Assembly: GCA_026014495.1 (NCBI GenBank)
Contig: JAOZIF010000062.1
Location: 1-23,030 of the forward strand
Source of the DNA: Candidatus Bathyarchaeum sp.
Lineage (GTDB): Archaea; Thermoproteota; Bathyarchaeia; Bathyarchaeales; Bathyarchaeaceae
Length of the DNA: 23,030 nt
Direction of reading: 5' to 3'
The translations under genes and the position numbers were made by a program. Positions within the stretch are counted from its first letter, which is position 1. Each line of letters begins with the position of its first letter. Positions 1 to 5,906 of this stretch are shown here, piece after piece. The notes beneath the pieces are model-generated. The model had not been told where the DNA came from and made no database searches. It saw nothing but the letters and a program-made list of their open reading frames with translations.

Positions 1-1
1 A

Positions 2-268
2 ATATACGTAGGTAGAAAACCCCCCATGAACTATGTTCTAGGCATCGTAACCGCATTCAGCGGAACCGAAGTAAAAGACGTAACCGTAAAAGCACGCGGA
101 CAGGCAATAACAACAGCAGTAGATGCAGTTGAAATCGCAAGACGCAGATTCGTCAAAGAAATGAAAGTAGACAAAATCACAATCGGAACTGAAGAGATGC
201 CACCCAGAGAAGGAGAAACCAACTCAAGGATGATTTCCACAATCGAGATCACCTTGAAACGAAGCTAG
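2..268 (+). CDS. albA: DNA/RNA-binding protein Alba, 5'-truncated by the window edge
   Basis: The frame is open from base 2 (IYVGRKPPMNYV...), so the ORF-track ATG at 26 is internal. Alba motifs present: G[KR]KPxMNYV, KARGxAIxxAVDxVE, I.IGTEE, SxIEIxL. Confidence 0.95.
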   Translation: MYVGRKPPMNYVLGIVTAFSGTEVKDVTVKARGQAITTAVDAVEIARRRFVKEMKVDKITIGTEEMPPREGETNSRMISTIEITLKRS

Positions 269-301
269 ACAACAAAAACTAGAATGTTCTCTACGTATTT
301 C

Positions 302-381
302 GGATAACTGGCAGCAAAACCTCTCGGTTGCTAATTGCTGGTATGTTATCCAGTATCGAATTTTTTTATATTTTATTTTTT
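302..381 (+). terminator. Long hairpin (302-351) followed by a T-rich tract after alba
   Basis: GGATAAC 302-308 pairs with GTTATCC 345-351; CAGCAA 312-317 pairs with TTGCTG 335-340; T-runs at 361-381. Confidence 0.5.
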
Positions 382-468
382 CTCAGACTCTGTTTTTCTA
401 AATAAACTTATTAGTATACCATAATACTTAAGATACGATAAGACATAACAAATTAAAGGGGAAAGTGA

Positions 469-1035
469 TTGGGAAAATCAGCATTACTAACACCTATATA
501 TGTCTCCGTAGCATGGACCCTAATGACCAGCTACCAACTTTTCACAGAAACAACAGTAAAAACAGTAACATCATCAATTAACACATACCTACCCACAATC
601 GGAGAATGGATGGCCGCCAGACTAGACCTGATCGTATTCATCCACTCATTCGCATGGATATTCCTTCTATCATCCTTTATACCCTCACTGCTTCTAGGAA
701 AACAAAGAGGCGTCCTTGTACAATTCGCTGTATGCTTAACATTAGCAGTCTTGGCAAACATCGTTCAAGGCGCCGTAACCGGCATCGGCCAAGGCCCCTT
801 AGACCAAATCCTTGGATTAGCACCACTATTCCAAAATCCAGTGCTAGCCACAGCTTACATGTCACTACCGTATGGCTTGATGCTCTGGTTTGATATACGA
901 GGAAAACGCAAAAAAGACGAGTTGCTGAACTTTAAAATGGAAGACAACGATTTTCCAGAAGACACCTTCATTGCAGAAGACGACCTTATCGTAGATGAAA
1001 AAACACAAAAACAAGAACCAACAAACCAACAGTAA
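469..1035 (+). CDS. Hypothetical integral membrane protein, about 4 TM segments, acidic C-terminal tail
   Basis: 188-aa ORF with TTG start preceded by GGGGA; several hydrophobic stretches; same strand and spacing as its neighbours. Confidence 0.75.
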   Translation: MGKSALLTPIYVSVAWTLMTSYQLFTETTVKTVTSSINTYLPTIGEWMAARLDLIVFIHSFAWIFLLSSFIPSLLLGKQRGVLVQFAVCLTLAVLANIVQGAVTGIGQGPLDQILGLAPLFQNPVLATAYMSLPYGLMLWFDIRGKRKKDELLNFKMEDNDFPEDTFIAEDDLIVDEKTQKQEPTNQQ

Positions 1036-1036
1036 A

Positions 1037-1666
1037 TTGCATACCACAAAGAAAAAACCAAGCATCGTTTACTGGCTAGGCAACAACTTGTATCTTAACA
1101 TAACTAACAGCTGCCCCAATAGCTGCTACTTTTGTTTCAGAAAATACAAGAATGGAATTCAAGATTTCAACTTAAAACTGGAAAACGAGCCATCCGCCAA
1201 AGAAGTAATCGAAGAACTACAAAAAGTTATAAACAAAAAGAACTGGAACGAAGTTGTCTTCTGCGGTTTTGGAGAGCCCCTCGAAAGGCTGGACCTTATT
1301 TTAGAAGTAACTAAATATGTAAAGAAGCACTACTGGAAAACAGTTAGGGTTGACACTAATGGTCAAGGATACCTGCTTAACAAAGGACGAGATGTTGTGT
1401 TGGAGTTAAAAAAAGCAGGCGTAAACAAAGTGAACGTGAGCCTTAATGCCCATAACAAAGAAACATACAACCAAATCTGCAAACCTACATTCGAAGATGC
1501 CTTTGAACATGTTTTAGAATTCATCAAAAAAGCTAAAAAAGAAGGCTTAGAAACAGAAGCAACATCCGTAACGATTCCAGAGGTAGAACTTACAAAAATC
1601 AGAGAACTAGCCGAAAGCATCGGCGTCAACTTCAGGGTACGCGAATATATTTCATTTATCTGGTAA
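1037..1666 (+). CDS. Radical SAM protein, TatD-associated family
   Basis: CxxxCxxC motif (CPNSCYFC) in the context YWLGNNLYLNITNSC; VVFCGFGEP, VRVDTNG and VNVSLNA match the TatD-associated family. The likely start is TTG 1037, immediately after the upstream stop; the ORF track starts at 995. Confidence 0.88.
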   Translation: MHTTKKKPSIVYWLGNNLYLNITNSCPNSCYFCFRKYKNGIQDFNLKLENEPSAKEVIEELQKVINKKNWNEVVFCGFGEPLERLDLILEVTKYVKKHYWKTVRVDTNGQGYLLNKGRDVVLELKKAGVNKVNVSLNAHNKETYNQICKPTFEDAFEHVLEFIKKAKKEGLETEATSVTIPEVELTKIRELAESIGVNFRVREYISFIW

Positions 1667-1903
1667 CACACAAATCAGTCAGTCATCATTAAGCAAAGCC
1701 AACCAACTTGCAACATTCACATGACCGGACTCATAGCGTTACATTTTTGAAAACATGCTTTTTCCAAAAAACCAACATAAACGCAGGTTTGTAACACACA
1801 GAAAAATGGCTCTTTTCGGTTACCTTTTGAGGGTATTTTATCTAAAAGTAAATAAAGGTAATCTACGGTACTTACGCAAACAAACAATTAAAATCATCCC
1901 CAA

Positions 1904-3451
1904 ATGGTGTTTCACATGAAAAATACGCATATGCACAAAAAAATCGTAACCCCTAAAGTAATTTTTCTCATGCTCCTTTTAACCCTGTCACTTTTCTTGG
2001 TGCAACTGCCCGCTGTTAGCGCCCAAGACGCGGCGGCAAGCTTCACCGGAGTAACCTATGATGCGGGAGTAGATACTGATGACGATGGATACTTTGATTA
2101 TCTCGGTTTTGGCATAGAACTCAACGTTACTGTAGCAGCAACCTACACCGTGGAAGCTGGCGGAATTTATGACGCTGCCGCTAATTACATCATTGGAGTG
2201 ACTACTAATTCCACGTATCTCACTACTGGCATTCATGTTGTTTACATCAACCTAAATACAACAGAAGTCTACGCTACAGGTGTTAATCCCACTTACCTTG
2301 CAGGCGCTAACCTCTATGATGACTCTGATACATTGATTGATGAACTAACCGACCTTACTTTTTCAACAACATATTCATACGACGAATTCCAACGCCCAAA
2401 TATTATTATCGAAATTAATGAGTTAGAACGAGAGATAATTTTGGGTCAGGCAGGAAGCATCTATGTTACTAACGTTTTTCGTATAACAAACGTAGGGTCT
2501 TGGGCAAACTCTCTAACGCTTGGTTTCCCCGAAGATGCATATGACATTGAATTGCGGGATGAAATGGGAACCCTTGAAACAACAATGGAAGACAACATTA
2601 TGACTGTGTCTCTTAGACGCACAGTAGACACTAATGAAACAGAAACACTATACCTGTTTTATCATCTTCCATGGGACGATCACATAACTCAACAAAATGG
2701 AGTTGACTACAATTTACGTTCCACCTTCTATGAACAATTCAACTTAACTATAGGCAAATTAACAGTCTCCGTTACTCTCCCCGAAGGTGCAGAATTCCAA
2801 TCATCTCCTACTCTTAACCCCGACAGCATCGAAAAATCTGGTAACCAAGAAACTATATCTTTCTCATTCTCTAGCGTGACGCCTTCTGACGACCTTAATT
2901 TCGAAATTAACTATAGTTACAATGTATTCTGGAGTTCACTTTATCCTACACTATGGGTGGGGCTCCTAGCTGTTGTCGGATCTGCAATATTCTTTTTGTT
3001 GGGCACACCAAAAACAATAATTGCTCCAGTAATTCAGGTTCCAACACAAGACCTCAAAAACTTCGTTACAGCATACGAAGAAAAAATGACTATCCGCTCA
3101 GAGATTGAAGCCCTAGAAGAGCGACTGCAAAAAGGCAAAATTCCTAGACGCAGATACAAAGTCCGAAAAAAGATGTTGGACGGGCGCCTCTCTTCAGTCT
3201 CTAGGACTCTCTCTACTATTGGTGCAACTTTGAGAGCTTCTGGCTCCAACTATGCAAGCATGATGAGACAACTTGAAGTGGCTGAGGCAAAGCTTGAAGG
3301 CACAGAAAGAGACCTGCAACGTGTCAAAGCAAGGTACAACCGCGGAGAAATTTCCAAAGGTGCATATGGAAAGCTTTTGGAAGAATACCAAAGCAGAATC
3401 GAAGCGGCTGAAGCAACAATCGACGGGGTTCTTTTAAGACTCCGCGATTAA
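1904..3451 (+). CDS. Ribophorin I (RPN1/Ost1)-like type I membrane protein with an N-terminal DxDxDG domain
   Basis: Signal peptide ending PAVSA|QD, one TM helix near residue 345-368, helical C-terminal tail. Segments recalled from human RPN1 match in order: RDEMG/[44 protein letters not shown]..P. The start may be ATG 1916 (GGTG upstream). Confidence 0.8.
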   Translation: [515 protein letters not shown]

Positions 3452-3478
3452 TTTCCTTTTTTAGGAAACGTTTTTATT
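3452..3478 (+). terminator. Short hairpin plus T-tract after the Ribophorin-like gene
   Basis: TTTCCT 3452-3457, TTTTT loop, AGGAAA 3463-3468, then a T-rich run. Confidence 0.4.
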
Positions 3479-3527
3479 TAATTGCTTCATTTTGATTAAA
3501 ATCTGAAAAACTGGAGTTGAATGTCAA

Positions 3528-3710
3528 ATGGTTGAAATCAAAGTAGATGTTGGAAAATGTACTGGATGCGAAACATGTGTTGACACTTGCCCTGTTGGCG
3601 TTTACGAAATGAAAGACGGAAAGTCTGTTGCCGTAAACGTTGAGGATTGTCTCGTCTGCAGAGCATGCGAGATGCAGTGTCCAGAAGGCGCAATCCAAGT
3701 CATCGAGTAA
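3528..3710 (+). CDS. 2x[4Fe-4S] dicluster ferredoxin
   Basis: Two CxxCxxCxxxCP motifs (CTGCETCVDTCP, CLVCRACEMQCP) in 60 aa; GGAG upstream. Confidence 0.95.
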   Translation: MVEIKVDVGKCTGCETCVDTCPVGVYEMKDGKSVAVNVEDCLVCRACEMQCPEGAIQVIE

Positions 3711-3748
3711 ACCTAACACTCGAATTCTATTTTCCCTTTTCGTGGAAC

Positions 3749-3780
3749 GGTTAGGTTTTCCTAACCATTTCTCTGTTTTC
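3749..3780 (+). terminator. Hairpin terminator after the ferredoxin gene
   Basis: Perfect GGTTAGG-TTTT-CCTAACC (3749-3766) followed by a pyrimidine-rich tract. Confidence 0.55.
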
Positions 3781-3943
3781 TGAAAAAACTATTTTTTAAT
3801 TTAAACTCTTCAATATAGAAGTCTTAAGAAGAGAAATCGTAATTAACTTACTAAAAACTTTATGTTACTACCAGACAAAATAGAATGAACATAAAACAAG
3901 TTAGTAACTGCTTAGAACAAAACTAAAACTGAGGAATGCAAAA

Positions 3944-4420
3944 ATAAAAATCGATAAAATTGACGTTTATATTCTGAAGGCATTACTAAAAGATGCGAGA
4001 ACTAGCTTTACCGATATTGCACAAGATTGTGGAGTTTCTACATATACTATTGTTCAAAGGTTCTACAAAATGAAGGAAGCTGGTGTAATTACTGGAAGCG
4101 TAATAAGGTTAAACATGAAGAAATTCAAAAAAAACTATGTTGTAGTCATAGATGTTGATGTAGAACAAAAAGAGGTAGATCACATCATTGACTGTTTGAC
4201 TAATTTACCCTGCTTAGTTTCCTGTTATAAATTATTGGGAAAGCATGATGTCCATGCATCACTATTGACTGAATCTCTTGAAGAAATTGACCAGATAAGA
4301 GACATGATTAAAGTTCAAAAAGGGGTTAAAAAAGTGTGGATATCCAATAGTCTAGATGTAGTTGGATGTTTTCCAGAAAATCTTGTGATAAAACCAACGG
4401 AGAATAGAACAAATGGATGA
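3944..4420 (+). CDS. Lrp/AsnC family transcriptional regulator, copy 1 (start uncertain)
   Basis: The ORF track starts at 4070, but the frame is open from 3908 and encodes the Lrp HTH (IKIDKIDVYILKALLKDARTSFTDIAQDCGVSTYTIVQRFYKMKEAGVI). There is no in-frame ATG/GTG/TTG upstream of the HTH; ATA 3944 is a tentative start. Confidence 0.8.
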   Translation: MKIDKIDVYILKALLKDARTSFTDIAQDCGVSTYTIVQRFYKMKEAGVITGSVIRLNMKKFKKNYVVVIDVDVEQKEVDHIIDCLTNLPCLVSCYKLLGKHDVHASLLTESLEEIDQIRDMIKVQKGVKKVWISNSLDVVGCFPENLVIKPTENRTNG

Positions 4421-4865
4421 AATTGATTTGCAAATATTACGGGAGTTGAGCAAGGACGCTCGAACCCCCTTCAGTAAAATCGCCAAGAAAATCGGCGTTG
4501 CTAATCAAACTGTCATAAATAGATATAATGAAATGAAAAAACAAGGTACAATCCAATTTTGTTCAATTACGATAAACCTCGAAAAAATTGGATATCAAGG
4601 TTCAGTGCATTTGCTGATAAATAGTTCAAGTGAACATAATTTATCTAAGACAATGGACCACTTGAAAAAAACCGAAAACATACTTATTGCCACCAAAACA
4701 ATAGGAGATTTTGAAGGATATGCTGCTCTGGCATTTGAGAATGTTAAAGAGATTTACGATACTGTCCTTCAACTTAAAAGTCTACAAGAAGTGGGGCATG
4801 TTGAGCTTTCTTTTGCATTACCTGGAATTAAAAATTTTCCACGGAATAGACATTTAATACAGTAA
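4413..4865 (+). CDS. Lrp/AsnC family transcriptional regulator, copy 2
   Basis: MDEIDLQILRELSKDARTPFSKIAKKIGV..TV..RY..M...G is the AsnC-type HTH, followed by a RAM-like C-terminal domain; overlaps the stop of copy 1 by 8 nt. Confidence 0.93.
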   Translation: MDEIDLQILRELSKDARTPFSKIAKKIGVANQTVINRYNEMKKQGTIQFCSITINLEKIGYQGSVHLLINSSSEHNLSKTMDHLKKTENILIATKTIGDFEGYAALAFENVKEIYDTVLQLKSLQEVGHVELSFALPGIKNFPRNRHLIQ

Positions 4866-4894
4866 ACTTAAATACATAATAAAAAACAAGGTAT

Positions 4895-4974
4895 TTAACT
4901 CATAATTTCTATTTTATACTCTCATTTTATGGAAAATTTTAAATTATAATTTATGATAATCAATTTGCTAAAAA
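4895..4974 (+). repeat. 80-bp inverted repeat, copy A (upstream region of the ECF S-like gene)
   Basis: Manual alignment to the reverse complement of 8438-8517 gives 73/80 identities with no gaps; the longest perfect run is 26 bp. Contains the palindrome AAATTATAATTT (4941-4952). Confidence 0.95.
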
Positions 4975-5012
4975 AATGGTAAAAACCTGACTAGCCAACG
5001 TTGCCATTTTAA

Positions 5013-5606
5013 AAACGCTATGAGGAGAACAAGGTTACGAACAGTAAAGACCTTAGTCTAATTGTTATACTTGCCGCAATAGGTTTTGTTACTACAGCGT
5101 TAATTGGTCAGAGCGCTCGGATGATAACCGGAATACCTGGAAGTAATTACATCTTCATAATACTACTGACTATCCAAACAAGTTTTTCCTTTCTTATCTA
5201 TGAGGGCAGACGGTGGAACGTTTTTGTCCAAAATACGTTGTTTACTCTACTTATTGTACCTACAAGTTTTGGAGGTCCATCATTCAATGCTTTAGCTAAA
5301 CTGAATTTTATTATCGCGCCCTTCTTTTGTGACATAATTTTCAATAGTTTTTATGGTGCCTTCAAAAAACGTAACAAATTGCTTTGGTGGGCCTTAATTT
5401 CCACCGTTGGATTTTGGGTGCTGACCCCGTTTATAGGTACGCTATTAATAAAACCACTAACTTATCCTCCAGAATATGTAGCAAAACTAATTGAGGTAAT
5501 TTTATTGTTGCTCCCACTCATAATAATCGAATCAATAGCCGGTGGATACCTTGGACACAAAATTTATGTTCGCATAAAAAAAGACGCACTCATAAATTGT
5601 AGCTAG
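5013..5606 (+). CDS. ECF transporter S-component-like membrane protein, about 6 TM (start uncertain)
   Basis: The ORF track starts at 5121, but the frame is open from 5013 and adds NSKDLSLIVILAAIGFV, a typical S-component first helix. The C-terminus IAGGYLGHKIYVRIKK is also S-component-like. Size is about 190 aa. Confidence 0.6.
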   Translation, partial: KRYEENKVTNSKDLSLIVILAAIGFVTTALIGQSARMITGIPGSNYIFIILLTIQTSFSFLIYEGRRWNVFVQNTLFTLLIVPTSFGGPSFNALAKLNFIIAPFFCDIIFNSFYGAFKKRNKLLWWALISTVGFWVLTPFIGTLLIKPLTYPPEYVAKLIEVILLLLPLIIIESIAGGYLGHKIYVRIKKDALINCS

Positions 5607-5906
5607 TTTCATCGCTATTTGTTGTAAAATCTGTTTAGAAGCTATACACCAATTCCAAGAAACATCCTGTAAACTGCACGAACATGTTCATGTGCATAAT
5701 GTTTGTCCGTAATGTTTTTCTCGCTTTGGATTAGGGGTTTGCTGAGGCTCATGCACGCGCGATTTAAGAGGAGAAAAAATGAAAAAACAAAACAACTACT
5801 AACGCTTTTTGTTATTTTCAGTTTCAATGCCTGAGCCTTTTCAGCCCCTTATTCCAATGCGTTTGACTCCCCATAAAAAAAGGGGGAGGAAAATGTTGTT
5901 AGGTGT

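Noticed and set aside
5001-5012. Stop-codon recoding (Sec/Pyl) at the in-frame stop before the ECF S-like gene
   Set aside because: The codon is TAA, which is not used for selenocysteine or pyrrolysine.
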